The notes beneath the pieces are model-generated. The model made no database searches. It saw only the letters and a program-made list of their open reading frames with translations, and had not been told where the DNA came from. Below are positions 63,447-64,000 of a DNA stretch of 64,000 nucleotides, one piece after another (positions within the stretch are counted from its first letter, which is position 1; each line of letters begins with the position of its first letter). Where the stretch lies: NCBI RefSeq assembly GCF_048593235.1, contig NC_133620.1:244777929-244841928 (forward strand), given 5' to 3'. The position numbers and the translations under genes were made by a program. The DNA is from Sminthopsis crassicaudata (taxonomy: Eukaryota).

Positions 63447-64000
63447 CTATTAGAGAAAAATGACCATTTCTTAGGGCATTATACTCATTTTAATGGCTAT
63501 CAATGCTGGAATGAATCAAATTACACTTATTTGCCTTGGTCTATAATTTTAATGTTTCATGCTGTTGCAATATTATAACTCTTAGGCCCAGGTTGTCAAT
63601 GCAACAAGAAGATAAATTGACGTAGAGGATTTTGTCACTTGAATTTTGTACTAGGGTATGAAAAGGCTAATCTATCAAATTTTAGGGCACTAAGTCTCTC
63701 CTGAATTCATATATTTGACCTGTTTTTTTTTCCTGCTTTGTCTTATTTGCTTTCCATTTGAAACTCTTGCTTTTTAGACTTGTAGTTTATTGTGCTTGTA
63801 TTTCAAATATATTGTACATTTTTATGTGTGTGTGTGGAGGTAGATGTACTCTGAACACATACATCTGCTTTAAGTTGTATACAAGCCTAGTCACTTGGGA
63901 AAGGGAAGCATTAAAAAAAATCCAACATAAATGATAGAAGCTATTTCTATCTGTCCTTAGATAGTTGAGTGAAATGCTTTCTCAGAAGGCGTAAATGAAG

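Noticed and set aside
63216-63578. 120-aa plus-strand ORF
   Set aside because: It is the antisense shadow of COL19A1 exon 47; Gly-Pro codons lack stops on the reverse strand.

Overview
AT-rich vertebrate genomic DNA from a marsupial, probably Australian and dasyurid-like, judged from WSINE1/MAR1-type SINEs and the L1 3' end; the species cannot be fixed from sequence alone. The window holds the convergent 3' ends of two FACIT collagen genes: the last 9 exons of COL9A1 on + (389-30633) and the last 5 exons of COL19A1 on - (63446-41958), with about 11.3 kb between the stop codons. Exon numbers are counted back from the terminal exon of the human genes (38 and 51 exons). All splice sites are GT-AG. 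Two COL9A1 exons each carry a +1 homopolymer insertion, most likely assembly errors. Introns are full of old L2, L3/CR1 and MIR copies plus younger marsupial SINEs, L1 fragments, a hAT MITE and an LTR-like piece, and there are eight N gaps. No rRNA, tRNA or CRISPR features. Best leads: a 77-nt near-perfect hairpin near the inferred end of the long COL19A1 3' UTR; a perfect 22-bp template-switch inverted repeat next to COL9A1 exon 31; miR-26 plus miR-29 sites in both 3' UTRs; divergently oriented CTCF motifs bracketing the gene junction; a Gly-to-Cys change in collagen XIX; and a ~165-bp intergenic direct repeat. I found no clearly new biological system. Comparisons to human proteins and repeat consensi are from memory and need checking.
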